Below, piece after piece: positions 36,139 through 46,811 of a stretch of 64,000 nucleotides of DNA. Below the pieces are notes generated by a model, which had not been told where the DNA came from, searched no databases, and saw only the letters and a list, made by a program, of their open reading frames with translations. Position 1 is the stretch's first letter, and every line of letters begins with the position of its first letter. A program made the position numbers and the translations under genes. Source of the stretch: a virus; the IMG/VR virus record IMGVR_UViG_3300025889_000002, positions 16,573 to 80,572 of that record, one strand, 5' to 3'.

Positions 36139-38454
36139 GTGATGGACAGCACCCAAGACTTCACCGGCACGCCTGAGCAGACGCGCGAGAAAGCCTCCGC
36201 GCCTATCCTGCAGGCCCTCAAGCGCTCGCAGGACGCGTTCAAGGAATGGGACGCCACCTGCCACGGTATCGATGACATCTACTCGCGCCACGGATCGTCC
36301 TATGAAACCCTGATGACCGATTATGGCGGATCCAGCTGGAAAGATGCACAGATGGACCTGTTCTGGTCATCGTCGGAAGTGCTGAAACCTGCAGTGTATG
36401 CGCGCCCGCCTGTTCCTGCGATTGCGCCGATCTTCAAGGATGGTGGCCGTCTGAAGTCAACCACGGCTGAATTGCTTGAGCGTGCGGCGGTATCGACCTT
36501 CAAGAAGACTGGCATTGACGATGTGATGCAGTCGGTGCGCGATGACCTGCTGTTCTCCGGCCGCGGTGTCATGTGGCTGCGGTATGAGAGCGACGATGGA
36601 AAGCGCGTCTGTGTAGAACACCTCGATCGCGATGACTTCCTGCATGACGTGGCCCGCAAGTGGTCTGCCGTCGGCTGGGTGGCTGGCGGTTTCTGGATGT
36701 CTCGTGAAGAGATCAAGGAGCGGTTCAAGGGTCTGACTGAAGACCAGATGGACACCATCAAGTTCCTTGAGCGCCGCGACGTGGACAACCGCGACGAAAA
36801 GGCAATGACTGCCAAGGCGCGTGTGTGGGAGGTCTGGCACAAGGCCAACAACCGCGTTTACTGGGTTACTGAGGGTCTGGATGTCTATCTGGACGATGGT
36901 GAGCCCCACCTGAAGCTTGATGAGTTCTTCCCCTGCCCACGGCCAGCCTATGGCACGCTGCAGCGGCGTAGCCTTATTCCTGTGCCCGACTTCGAACGCT
37001 ATTCAGGCATGTTCGCCAAGATCAACACGCTGACGGCGCGCATTTACCTGCTGCTTGATCAGGTCAAGATGAAGGGCCTTATCCCTGCAGGAGGGGACAT
37101 TGCAGACGCCATCCACCAGGTTATGCGCTCGGATGACGACAGCATCGTTATCGGTGTTCCTGGCGCTGCCATGATGGAGGGCGCCGCAGTAGTGCAATGG
37201 TTGCCACTCGACCAGATCGCCGCCGCCATTACGGGCCTGATCGAAGCCCGCCGCCAGCTGATCGAAGACTTCTACCAGCTTTCCGGAATATCGGACATCA
37301 TGCGCGGTGCGACACAGGCGGAAGAAACGCTTGGCGCCCAGCAGTTGAAGGCGCAGTTCGGTTCTGTGCGTGTGCGCCAAAAGATCGACGAGATGCAGCG
37401 GATTGCGGCTGAAGCGGTCAAGATCGCATCGGAGATACTGGCCGAAAAGTTCGACGGTGACACGCTGCTTGCCATGTCGCAGATGGAATTGCCGACACGC
37501 AAGGACATCGAAAAGCGGCTTAAGGAGATTGAAAGCGCCGCCGAAAAGGAAATGAAGGCGCTGGCTGACAAGGCCATGGAAGGCGGGCAGGACATGGATC
37601 CTGCACAGGCCCAGCAGATGCTTCAACAGGCGCAACAGGAGATTGTCTCCCGCTATGCGCCGATGTTCGAAGAAGCCGAGAACCTTGTGCCGATCGATGA
37701 CGTGGTGGACCTGCTGCGCGATGACCGGGCGCGCTCGTTTGCCTTCGAGATCGAGACCGATTCCACTATCATGGTGGATGAGATTGCCGAGAAACAGGCC
37801 CGCAACGAGTTCATGGGGGCGTTCAACAGCGCCACGCAGGGGCTTATGGGGCTGGCTGGCATGGGTGAGCCCGGGGCCAAGCTTGCGGGTGAGTTGATGA
37901 AGTTCGTGCTGGCGCCCTATCGCGTCGGCCGGCAGATGGACACGGCGATTGACGACTTCGTGAAGCAGGCGCCTGCGATGATGGCAGGACAGGGTGAAGG
38001 TGAAGATCAGCAGGGCGTTGCGGCACTGGCTGAAGCCGAGATGGAAAAGGCCAAGGCTCAGATGGCCAAGGTCGAGGCCGATAGCGCGCTCAAGCAGGCT
38101 GAAAACCAACGCAAGTTCGCTGAATTGCAGGTAAAGGCGCAGAAGGATCAGGCGGACGCTCAGGCCAAGATGGTCAAACTGCAGCAGGATGCGGATGCAA
38201 TGGGAATCAAGGCGCAGGAAGCGTTGGCCAATGTCGATCTGCTGCGGGCACAGACCATGAAGGCCATGTCCGAGGCTGGAATAGCTATCGACACCGCGCA
38301 GCTTGACGAGTTCCGTTCGCTGTCGGACATTGAGATCAAGCGCAGCCAGGAACAGCGCGCCATCGCCAATGACGCAAGGCAGGCTGCACGGGCCGATCGC
38401 CAAGAGGTGCGGGAGGTTATGGAGCCGCCCGAAACCGAGATGGAGGACGATTGA
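36139..38454 (+). CDS. Portal protein
   Basis: 771 aa after terL with a long helical C-terminus typical of P22-like portals. Confidence 0.8.
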   Translation: MMDSTQDFTGTPEQTREKASAPILQALKRSQDAFKEWDATCHGIDDIYSRHGSSYETLMTDYGGSSWKDAQMDLFWSSSEVLKPAVYARPPVPAIAPIFKDGGRLKSTTAELLERAAVSTFKKTGIDDVMQSVRDDLLFSGRGVMWLRYESDDGKRVCVEHLDRDDFLHDVARKWSAVGWVAGGFWMSREEIKERFKGLTEDQMDTIKFLERRDVDNRDEKAMTAKARVWEVWHKANNRVYWVTEGLDVYLDDGEPHLKLDEFFPCPRPAYGTLQRRSLIPVPDFERYSGMFAKINTLTARIYLLLDQVKMKGLIPAGGDIADAIHQVMRSDDDSIVIGVPGAAMMEGAAVVQWLPLDQIAAAITGLIEARRQLIEDFYQLSGISDIMRGATQAEETLGAQQLKAQFGSVRVRQKIDEMQRIAAEAVKIASEILAEKFDGDTLLAMSQMELPTRKDIEKRLKEIESAAEKEMKALADKAMEGGQDMDPAQAQQMLQQAQQEIVSRYAPMFEEAENLVPIDDVVDLLRDDRARSFAFEIETDSTIMVDEIAEKQARNEFMGAFNSATQGLMGLAGMGEPGAKLAGELMKFVLAPYRVGRQMDTAIDDFVKQAPAMMAGQGEGEDQQGVAALAEAEMEKAKAQMAKVEADSALKQAENQRKFAELQVKAQKDQADAQAKMVKLQQDADAMGIKAQEALANVDLLRAQTMKAMSEAGIAIDTAQLDEFRSLSDIEIKRSQEQRAIANDARQAARADRQEVREVMEPPETEMEDD

Positions 38455-38609
38455 TGAACGTCACCATAGTTGAAAGCGGGGGCTATCCCGTTACGCCTGT
38501 AGATGACGGCGCACCTCCTGCCGAAGTGGTCGATGAAGGCGGTTATCCCATTACCATCGTGGAAAGCGGCGGCGTTCCGTTCGTTCTCAATAATTACACA
38601 CCCGCATAA
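38454..38609 (+). CDS. 51-aa internally repetitive protein
   Basis: GGAGG RBS; TIVESGG x2, GGYP x2. Confidence 0.6.
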   Translation: MNVTIVESGGYPVTPVDDGAPPAEVVDEGGYPITIVESGGVPFVLNNYTPA

Positions 38610-38621
38610 GGACTGAGTGAC

Positions 38622-38879
38622 ATGGCGAATGCAGAAAGATTGATGGCTCTGGGCGTAACAGGCCCGATGGCTGTGGAAATGGCGGCACAGATCGAAGCGC
38701 AGGAAGGCAATGCCGACCGTCTTCGTGAACTGGGCATGGTCCCTTCGCTTGCCGCGGAACTGGCTGGCCAGATCGACGCTGAAGGCGCGACCGACGCGCC
38801 GAAGCTTGCCGCGCATAGCATGGTGCCCGATGTCGCGGTGGAAACCGTGGCGCAGATCGAGGCTGACAGGGCTGAATAA
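38622..38879 (+). CDS. 85-aa three-repeat protein
   Basis: Three ~27-aa repeats ending AQIEA/GQIDA/AQIEA. Confidence 0.65.
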   Translation: MANAERLMALGVTGPMAVEMAAQIEAQEGNADRLRELGMVPSLAAELAGQIDAEGATDAPKLAAHSMVPDVAVETVAQIEADRAE

Positions 38880-39170
38880 TGCCGGGGCTTGTCCGTCGTC
38901 TGGTCGATACTGGCATGTCCTATCAGCAGGCCCAGCAGTTCAGCGACCTGTCTGGAAGCGACATTGCGACACCAGTTACATAACTTGCGACGGAAAATGA
39001 AAGGAACTGACATGACTACGAAGAAAGAACAGGAAAAGATCGACAACGACGACAACGGCCTTGCCGATCGCATGAAGACGATGGACCCGCGCTTCGATGA
39101 GAAGGGTAAGCCCGTCGAAGAGGAAAAGAAGGAAGGTCAGACCAAGACCGCCAGCAAATAGGAGGCTGTC

Positions 39171-39554
39171 ATTCCGTTGTACGATTTTTTGTGCGAGAAC
39201 TATCATCGTTTCGAACGGTTCGTTCCGCTTGCGTCCTTTGAAGATCGTCAGGAATGCGAATGCGGGGCCGGTGCTTCGCGTCTTATCAGTGCGCCAAGGA
39301 TCATATCGGACAGCATAGAGCCGACCATGGGGCCAGACGGTAAGATGCACACCAGTCTCGCATCGTATCGCCACAGCTGCACGCCAGAGGGTAATTCCCG
39401 CGGCGAAAAGTTCGAAGAGTTGGGGCGGGATGAATTGCCCGCTTTCAAGGCGCCGGAATTCGACCGACGCAAACGGCGTGACGACATCCGCGCCGGGATC
39501 CAGGATGTCAAAGAGGGCCGCGTTCCGCCCGTTGTTACCGGGGATACACCATGA
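39171..39554 (+). CDS. FmdB-like zinc-ribbon protein
   Basis: (M)PLYDFLCENYH...CECG; ATT or TTG start after AGGAGG. Confidence 0.65.
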   Translation: MPLYDFLCENYHRFERFVPLASFEDRQECECGAGASRLISAPRIISDSIEPTMGPDGKMHTSLASYRHSCTPEGNSRGEKFEELGRDELPAFKAPEFDRRKRRDDIRAGIQDVKEGRVPPVVTGDTP

Positions 39555-40762
39555 CCGATCTAGCCGATATTGAGACTGTTTCGACCAACCTTGAGGAAAC
39601 CACGCCTTCCAGCCCGTCCGGTGGGGGCGTTGTTAATCCGCCTGCCGAAGATGGCAAGGAGGAAACCTCTCTGCGCGATACGCTGGCCGACGAACTGAAG
39701 AAGGACGAAGGCCGCAACAAAACTGAAAAGCCGGAGAAGCCTGAGAAAGCTGAAAAGCCCGCAAAGGAGCCTGCCAAAGATGACGCCGACGCCGCCAAGG
39801 GAACCGATGGGGACGAAGATGGCGAGACCGAAGGAAAGGCGCAGCAGGGCGATAAAGACAACGCCGAACACAAGGAAAAGGCAGCGGCCAAGCCCGACGA
39901 TGTAGAGGGTGACAAGGGGCGTGCTGAAGGCAAGACTGAAGACAAGCCCGGGCATTATCAGCCGCCGAAGAACTTCCTGCCCGATGCGCGCGAAAAGTGG
40001 CTCAATGTTCCGCGCCCTGTGCAGCGCGACATCGACAACATGGCTCGCGAATACGAAACGCAGGTGCAGCAGTATCAGAAGGCTACGGAACGCTACGAAT
40101 CCCTGCGCGAGTTCGATGAACTGGCACAGACGAACGGGCGCGATCTGACCGAGAGCCTGACGAAGCTCAACGAGATTGAGAATCTGATGCAATCCAACCC
40201 GATTGCGGGCTTGAACGCTATCCTGCAGGAGATTGGCCCCCGTCGCGCTGACGGAACGGCGCCCTCTCTGCGCGAAGTGGCTGCATTCATCGCTCAGCAG
40301 CCGGATGACAAGTATCAACAGATGGTAGCACAACGTCCGCAGCAGCAAGAGCAGCAGGCTGACCCTCAGGTTGAGGCACTGCAGCGCCAGATTTACGAGA
40401 TGCAGATTCAGCAGACGGCCCAGAATGTCATCGAACCATTCAAGGCCGAGCATCCGCGCTACAATGAATTGCAAGGGGCTATTGATAAAATACTTCGTTC
40501 TGGTATGGTGCCTTCTAGCTTGAGTGCGCCTGACCGACTGGCAGCGGCTTACGACATGGCTGAGAGGCTTAACCCTCCTTCGAATGTCGAACAGCCCGCC
40601 TCACAGGCAAACCCTGACGCAGATGCCCGCGTTGATGACCTCAGCGGCACGAAATCCATCAAATCTGCGCCGGGGTCAGCATCACCCGATCTCGAACCCG
40701 ACCGCAGCGGCCCAACACGCGACATCCTACGCGAGGAAATGCGCAGGCGTCGTGCAAGCTAA
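39551..40762 (+). CDS. Capsid scaffolding protein
   Basis: Homolog of 312-1508. Confidence 0.7.
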   Translation: MTDLADIETVSTNLEETTPSSPSGGGVVNPPAEDGKEETSLRDTLADELKKDEGRNKTEKPEKPEKAEKPAKEPAKDDADAAKGTDGDEDGETEGKAQQGDKDNAEHKEKAAAKPDDVEGDKGRAEGKTEDKPGHYQPPKNFLPDAREKWLNVPRPVQRDIDNMAREYETQVQQYQKATERYESLREFDELAQTNGRDLTESLTKLNEIENLMQSNPIAGLNAILQEIGPRRADGTAPSLREVAAFIAQQPDDKYQQMVAQRPQQQEQQADPQVEALQRQIYEMQIQQTAQNVIEPFKAEHPRYNELQGAIDKILRSGMVPSSLSAPDRLAAAYDMAERLNPPSNVEQPASQANPDADARVDDLSGTKSIKSAPGSASPDLEPDRSGPTRDILREEMRRRRAS

Positions 40763-40775
40763 GAGGGGATAGGAC

Positions 40776-41786
40776 ATGCCTATCGTTTCAGATCGTAACT
40801 ACGGGCAGATTCTGACTGCCTCGGTTGCACGTCGTTCGCGCGATGTGCAGAATATCGTCTACAACTCCACTCCACTGACTCGCATCCTGCGGGACCAGAA
40901 TCGCATCAAGATGAAAACTGCCGGCGGGCCGGAACTTCGTGTTCCGATCATGTTCGACAAGCTGGATGCACAGTGGTTCACCGGCTATGACAAGCTGCAG
41001 ATCACGCCCAAGGAGCTGCTGAACTCGGCAGTCTTCAACTGGTCGCGGTGTGTCGGCATGTTCTCGCTTACTGGCACCGAACTGCTTTACAACAGCGGCG
41101 AAGATGAAGTCATCGATCTCATGGAAACCTACATGGATGCTGCAGAGCAGTCCGTGAAGGAAGCCTTCGAAGAAGGTATCGTGGGCGATGGCACTGCCGA
41201 CGGCGGTCGCCAGATGATCGGCTGGGGTGCTGCTATCCCGACCGTGACCAACACGGGCGTTTATGGCGGAATCGATCGTGCAACAGTTCCTAACTGGCGT
41301 ACCTCGACCTTCGACATCCCGGCAGGCGATGTCTCGGGCTTCACCACGTTCGACAGCACCACGGCTCGCCAGATCATCGAACGGATTACCCTGCAGCGCT
41401 CGCGCGGCGGTCGTTATCCCGACTTGATCATCGCGGATGCCAAGTCCTACGAAGTCATCTCTTCGGCCTTTGTCGCTCATCAGCGGCTGGCTTCGGAACG
41501 CCTCGCGCGTCTCGGCTTCCAGGGCATGTCGATCGTCACTGGCGCAGGCATCGTCGATGTCGTGGCAGCTGGCGGTATCGGCAACGTCATGCCGGAGAAT
41601 ACCTTCTTCGGTATCGATACCAAGGGCATGTCGATCTACACCTTCCCGGGTCAGGAATTCGTTCCTTTCCATCCGGGCAACGGTATGCGTCCGATCAACC
41701 AGGATGCGGTGGCTCAGGGTGTGGTATGGACGGGACAGCTTGTCCTCGAAAACCCGCTCTTCACCTATCGCGCCATCACGGCCTAA
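40776..41786 (+). CDS. Major capsid protein
   Basis: Homolog of 1524-2534. Confidence 0.85.
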   Translation: MPIVSDRNYGQILTASVARRSRDVQNIVYNSTPLTRILRDQNRIKMKTAGGPELRVPIMFDKLDAQWFTGYDKLQITPKELLNSAVFNWSRCVGMFSLTGTELLYNSGEDEVIDLMETYMDAAEQSVKEAFEEGIVGDGTADGGRQMIGWGAAIPTVTNTGVYGGIDRATVPNWRTSTFDIPAGDVSGFTTFDSTTARQIIERITLQRSRGGRYPDLIIADAKSYEVISSAFVAHQRLASERLARLGFQGMSIVTGAGIVDVVAAGGIGNVMPENTFFGIDTKGMSIYTFPGQEFVPFHPGNGMRPINQDAVAQGVVWTGQLVLENPLFTYRAITA

Positions 41787-41802
41787 CCGAGAGGATTGAA
41801 AA

Positions 41803-42120
41803 ATGGTTACTTCACCTTTCCGCACCACTGGCCAGCTTGGCCCCGATCTGCACCAACAGGTCACTCCGGGCGAAGTCTGGTACGATAACCCGGATCTCGT
41901 CAGCCCCGTCGTGGGCACGCGGGAAACCGGCGATGATGGCTTCGATTATGTCTGGGTTCGCGCCTCGGCAAACGTCGCAGCAGCATCGGCTCCGGGCACG
42001 CAGGTATCGATCACGGTTCCTGCCTACACTGCGGCTGCAGGCGCGGGCGGTTTCTACGCTCCGATTGCAGGCGTAACGTCCGGCGATTACTTTTGGGCCA
42101 AGAAGGGCTCAACACTTTGA
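41803..42120 (+). CDS. Putative capsid decoration protein
   Basis: Homolog of 2550-2867. Confidence 0.6.
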   Translation: MVTSPFRTTGQLGPDLHQQVTPGEVWYDNPDLVSPVVGTRETGDDGFDYVWVRASANVAAASAPGTQVSITVPAYTAAAGAGGFYAPIAGVTSGDYFWAKKGSTL

Positions 42121-42128
42121 TCGTCACG

Positions 42129-42159
42129 CGGGGGAGGTTTCGGCTTCCCCCGTTATTTT
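42129..42159 (+). terminator. Intrinsic terminator
   Basis: CGGGGGAGGT-TTCG-GCTTCCCCCG-TTATTTT. Confidence 0.75.
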
Positions 42160-42180
42160 CTCTAATTGGAGCGTCCATCC

Positions 42181-42915
42181 ATGACTGAAGCCGTACTTAT
42201 CGACGAACGTGACCTTCAGGTCACTCCCATGTTCAAGGTCATCCAGGTCGAAGACATCAACGCCTCGGAACGCGAAGGCCACCTCGTGATGAAAACTCGC
42301 GAAGTGGTCGAAGTCCGCATTGCCGGCGCGCGCGATGTGAAGGTGTTTCCCTCGGATGAAGTCTGGCGCCGCGAAGGCAATAGGGCGATTACCTATGCCG
42401 AACGCTGGCCTGAACAATACGCCACCTATCACAACGGCGACACGCAGCAGGCGCTAGGCACGCCGCTGGAAATGCTGCGCCCCTATGGCATCTCGGAATC
42501 GATGGTTTCGGTCTGCCGCGCGCTCAAGATTTATTCGGTTGAGGCCCTGTATGCTCTAGAGGGTGCGGGTCTCAAGGCGCTCGGTATGAACGGCAATCGG
42601 CTAAAGGACGCGGCCCGTCAGTTCATGGCCGAGCGCCAATCTTCTGTCAGCGCCATGTCGGAAGTCGAAGCCCTGAAGGCTCGCATTGCCGAACTGGAAG
42701 CCAATGGTTCGAAGGTGGACATTCCCGCCGAATTGCCTACTGATGCAGAGATGGATGCGGCGGTGGCTGCTTCCGATGCGGAGTTTGCGGATATGAGCGA
42801 CGAGGCAATCAAGGAAGAGATCGGGAAGCTTGCCGGATCCAAACCCCGCGGAACTCCTTCGCGCTCGACACTTGAAAACTCCTTGCGCGAACTTCGCGCT
42901 GCAAAGGCTGCTTAA
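42181..42915 (+). CDS. Conserved phage morphogenesis-region protein
   Basis: Homolog of 2921-3655. Confidence 0.7.
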   Translation: MTEAVLIDERDLQVTPMFKVIQVEDINASEREGHLVMKTREVVEVRIAGARDVKVFPSDEVWRREGNRAITYAERWPEQYATYHNGDTQQALGTPLEMLRPYGISESMVSVCRALKIYSVEALYALEGAGLKALGMNGNRLKDAARQFMAERQSSVSAMSEVEALKARIAELEANGSKVDIPAELPTDAEMDAAVAASDAEFADMSDEAIKEEIGKLAGSKPRGTPSRSTLENSLRELRAAKAA

Positions 42916-43638
42916 ATGACGGTGCTTGCGGCCCTCCAAAAGGCTAGTATCAGGCTAGTGGGTCGCAAGCCCAATACGTTCTTTGGCGCCAAGGGTCAGT
43001 TCGAACTTGAATTGACCGACCTTGTTAACGAGGTGGCGCAGGACATTGCCCAGTATCAGGATTGGCAGGAACTTGTCCGCATAGGCACGGTGACGGGCGA
43101 TGGCGTGGCAACCGATTTCGATCTGCCGACCGATTACAGTCGCTTTCCCGTCAAGGGTGCCATTCAGGACTATACGAATTGGGCTTGGGGATATTTCCAC
43201 TATCAGGACCTCGACACGTTCTTGTATGATGAAGCGCGCAACTTCAATGCACTGCCGGGTGGCTGGATCATCTACGGCAATTTGATGCGTTTCTCGCCTG
43301 CTCCTGCAACGGATGCGCAGGCCAAATTCCCTTACATCACGAAGAACATCGTGCGGGATTTCTCAACCAACACGAAAGAGGAATTCACCGATGACCGCGA
43401 TGAGTTCCTGCTGCCCGAACGCCTGCTGACGCTGGGCCTCGTGTGGAGGTGGAGGGAGAATAAGAAACTTGATTCCACTGGCGACCAAGAGGCATTCATC
43501 AAGGCTCTGGACGAATACGCTGCCAAGTCGGGCGGCCCTGTGGTTATCCGTCGCAATGGCGCCCGCGGTATCCCCGGTACGCATCCGGCCTATCCTTGGG
43601 AACTTGGACAGGGCGCTAACTACTGGCCCGTCGGCTGA
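42916..43638 (+). CDS. Head-tail adaptor
   Basis: Homolog of 3656-4378. Confidence 0.6.
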   Translation: MTVLAALQKASIRLVGRKPNTFFGAKGQFELELTDLVNEVAQDIAQYQDWQELVRIGTVTGDGVATDFDLPTDYSRFPVKGAIQDYTNWAWGYFHYQDLDTFLYDEARNFNALPGGWIIYGNLMRFSPAPATDAQAKFPYITKNIVRDFSTNTKEEFTDDRDEFLLPERLLTLGLVWRWRENKKLDSTGDQEAFIKALDEYAAKSGGPVVIRRNGARGIPGTHPAYPWELGQGANYWPVG

Positions 43639-45551
43639 TGGTGTACGCACGCCGCCAGTCGCGGCCTAAGCCCCGCCAAGCCCAAACCCGTAAATGGCCC
43701 GCCCCTGTGGCCGGCTGGGTTTCCAACAGGATGCTTTCTGATCCCAAGTCGATCGAAGGCCCTGGCGCTGCGGTGTTGGACAACTTCTTCCCCCGTGCAA
43801 CTGGTGTGGCCTTTCGCCGCGGGAAAGCACGTTACGCCACGCTTGAGAATGACACGCTGGATGTGCAGGCGCTGTTTACCTATGACAATGGCACAAATGA
43901 AAGCCTGTTTGCTGCCAATGCAAGCACGATCTATGACATTTCGGATGTGATATTCCCTGAAGCGCTCGACATTACCGACGGCGATGGCGATGCACTGGTT
44001 GACGATCTGGGCAATATAATCGGATGGAGTTCGACCGAAGGACTGGACCGCGCCACTGGCTACACGTCGGGCGATTGGTCCGTTATCCAGTTTGCCACCA
44101 CGGGCGGGATATTCCTTGTTGGCGTAAATGGATCGGACATCGGCTTCATCTATGACGGGACCAACTTCTACCCGAACGTCGTGGGCGGCACGACACAGGT
44201 CAATTATGACGGCCTGACCGATGATTTCACGCCGGGCGAGGTTATTACGGGCGGCACAAGCGGGGCCACAGGCACGCTATGGCAGCAGAAGTCTGCGACC
44301 GATACGACGGGCCAACTGTTCCTGATCGATGTCACAGGCACATTTGAAGACGATGAAGAACTGACCGGCGCGACCACTGGCGTTGCTGATGTTATCGGTG
44401 ATCCGGTAATTGCGGCTCCGGGCATGGATTTTGGCGCTTACACGTCTGCCGATATGTCTTTCGTGTGGTCCTACAAGAACCGCCTGTATTTCACCCAGAA
44501 CGATAGCCTGACGGCTTGGTATCTGCCTGTCGATCAGATTGGCGGCACGGCAAGCGCGTTCCCTATGGGCGGCATTTTCGCCAATGGCGGCTATCTCATG
44601 TTCGGACAACGCTGGTCGCTTGAAGCGGGCGGGTCCGGCGGCCTTTCCGAACAGAACATCTTCGTGTCGTCTGAAGGCGAGGTCGCAATTTATCAGGGCA
44701 CGTCACCCGATGAACCTTCAACGTGGTCGCTGGTGGGGGTCTATCGGATTGGAAACCCGCTCGGGAAACGCGCCTACCTTCGCGGCGGCGGTGACTTGGC
44801 CATCGCCACGTCTGTCGGTCTTGTTCCCTTGTCGAAGGCTATTTCGCTGGATGTGACTGCGCTCAACGTGGGCACGATCAGTTACAAGATCGCCGATGCA
44901 TGGACTGAAGCCGTGCAACTGCGTGGACAGCAGAACTGGCAGTGCATGATCTGGCCCGAAAAGAAATTGGCCGCGATTGCTTTGCCCGACATGATCGGCT
45001 CCAGCGATCCCGTCATGTTCATTTCGAACACTGAAACAGGCGCATGGGCACGCTATACCAACTGGCAGGGACTTTCTCTGGCAGTGTTCCGCGGGCAACT
45101 TTATTTCGGATCCACGGGCGGCAAGGTATATCAGGCCGAGGTTGGCGGGCAGGACGACGGGGAAACCTATTCCGGTGCCGTTGTGCCGCTGTTCGATGAC
45201 CTTGAGTTTTCGGCCGGTGCCAAGGTTGGCAAGATGGCCCGGGCTCGCGTGCGTGCCTCGACCGAGATCGTGGACAATGTTTCCCTGCTGGCCGATTACA
45301 ACGTGGACCTTCCTCCCGCTCCCGATGCGACGGGCGTGTTCGCTTCCAACACTTGGGGCGCAGCCGTTTGGGGTGAGGCGACGTGGGGTGCTGCGGTGCC
45401 GAGCGTTATTAATCAGGAATGGCGATCGGCAGGGGCAGTGGGATATTCGATTGCGCCCTGCTACCAGGTGACCAGCGGAGCCCCTGCGCCTCTGGACGTA
45501 GAATTGATCGACATCGATATTCTCTACAACACGGCAGAGGCGGTGACTTGA
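43638..45551 (+). CDS. Tail nozzle / DNA stabilisation protein
   Basis: Homolog of 4378-6294. Confidence 0.65.
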   Translation: MVYARRQSRPKPRQAQTRKWPAPVAGWVSNRMLSDPKSIEGPGAAVLDNFFPRATGVAFRRGKARYATLENDTLDVQALFTYDNGTNESLFAANASTIYDISDVIFPEALDITDGDGDALVDDLGNIIGWSSTEGLDRATGYTSGDWSVIQFATTGGIFLVGVNGSDIGFIYDGTNFYPNVVGGTTQVNYDGLTDDFTPGEVITGGTSGATGTLWQQKSATDTTGQLFLIDVTGTFEDDEELTGATTGVADVIGDPVIAAPGMDFGAYTSADMSFVWSYKNRLYFTQNDSLTAWYLPVDQIGGTASAFPMGGIFANGGYLMFGQRWSLEAGGSGGLSEQNIFVSSEGEVAIYQGTSPDEPSTWSLVGVYRIGNPLGKRAYLRGGGDLAIATSVGLVPLSKAISLDVTALNVGTISYKIADAWTEAVQLRGQQNWQCMIWPEKKLAAIALPDMIGSSDPVMFISNTETGAWARYTNWQGLSLAVFRGQLYFGSTGGKVYQAEVGGQDDGETYSGAVVPLFDDLEFSAGAKVGKMARARVRASTEIVDNVSLLADYNVDLPPAPDATGVFASNTWGAAVWGEATWGAAVPSVINQEWRSAGAVGYSIAPCYQVTSGAPAPLDVELIDIDILYNTAEAVT

Positions 45552-45952
45552 TCGTAACAGGCGACCACGTTGCCCAGTTCGTATCTCAACGGCTAGGCTT
45601 TGCTCTCTGTCCTCCCTTTACTGCACTCGGCCTTGAGCGCGATGGCGCATTGGTCGGCGGGGTCATTTTCAACCAGTTCGAAGGCGCGGACGTGCATGTC
45701 TCGGCAGCAGGGTCTTGCTGGACACGCGGCTTTTTGCGGGCGGTGGGGTCTTATGTGTTCGACCAGATGGGGTGCCTGCGCATGACATTCACGACCGAGC
45801 AACCCGATGTAGCGGAGTATGCCAAGCGGCTTGGCGGTGATGTGGAAGGCGTGCTTCGGGACCATTACGGGGAAGGCCGGGATGGCGTGATTATCGGGGT
45901 ATTGCGAAAAGATTGGAAATTCGGTAACAAGAGGGCAACCGAGCGCGGCTGA
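45548..45952 (+). CDS. GNAT-fold virion assembly protein
   Basis: Homolog of 6291-6695. Confidence 0.6.
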   Translation: MIVTGDHVAQFVSQRLGFALCPPFTALGLERDGALVGGVIFNQFEGADVHVSAAGSCWTRGFLRAVGSYVFDQMGCLRMTFTTEQPDVAEYAKRLGGDVEGVLRDHYGEGRDGVIIGVLRKDWKFGNKRATERG

Positions 45953-45992
45953 ACCTTACTTCACGCGCTTTCCGTGAATGGAAAGCGAGCAA

Positions 45993-46811
45993 GTGAAGAC
46001 ACCTAAAGCGCCCCCTCCCCCGGATCCAGTAGCGACAGCGCAGGCCCAAGCGGGCCTCAATCTGTCAACTGCCATCACGCAGCAGAACCTCAACATGACC
46101 GATCAGGTCAATCCTTGGGGAACGACAAGCTACACGCAGAACGGCAACACGCGATTCCAGGATAGCTTCGGGAATTGGGTGGAGGTTCCACGCTACACCC
46201 AGACAACCGAGTTTTCTCCCGAACAGCAGGCGATCTTCGACAAGTCGCAGGCTGCACAGACGAACCTTGCCGGTATCGCACAGGAACAGTCTGGCCGCGT
46301 GTCGGAAGCCTTGGCTGATCCGTTCTCTTTCAACAATCAGGACGCAGCAGATTGGGCCTATGACCTTAGCCAGTCTCGCATTGCCCCGCAACAGGCGCAG
46401 CAGGAAGCGGCTCTCCGCGACAGGCTGATCAATCAGGGTATCCGCCCGGGCACAACTGCTTGGGATGCGGAGATGGGCCGTCAGACGCAGGGCTTCAACG
46501 ACCAGAACAACCAGCTTGCCCTTACGGGTCGCAATCAGGCATTTTCGGAAGCCCTCGCAACGCGCAATCAGCCGCTTAATGAGTTGTCCGCGCTGCTCTC
46601 CGGGTCGCAAGTGTCGAACCCCGCCCAGATGTCTGGCGCCACTCCACAGGTCGGCGTCGGCGGTGTGGACTATTCCGGTATGGTCCAGAACAACTACAAC
46701 AACCAGATGCAGCAGTATAATGCGCAGATGCAGAACCGCGGCGGTATGCTGGGAGGACTGTTCGGGCTTGCAGGTTCCTTGGGTGGGGCCGCTATTCGAG
46801 GAGGTTTCTGA
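45993..46811 (+). CDS. Ejection protein 1
   Basis: Homolog of 6733-7551. Confidence 0.65.
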   Translation: MKTPKAPPPPDPVATAQAQAGLNLSTAITQQNLNMTDQVNPWGTTSYTQNGNTRFQDSFGNWVEVPRYTQTTEFSPEQQAIFDKSQAAQTNLAGIAQEQSGRVSEALADPFSFNNQDAADWAYDLSQSRIAPQQAQQEAALRDRLINQGIRPGTTAWDAEMGRQTQGFNDQNNQLALTGRNQAFSEALATRNQPLNELSALLSGSQVSNPAQMSGATPQVGVGGVDYSGMVQNNYNNQMQQYNAQMQNRGGMLGGLFGLAGSLGGAAIRGGF

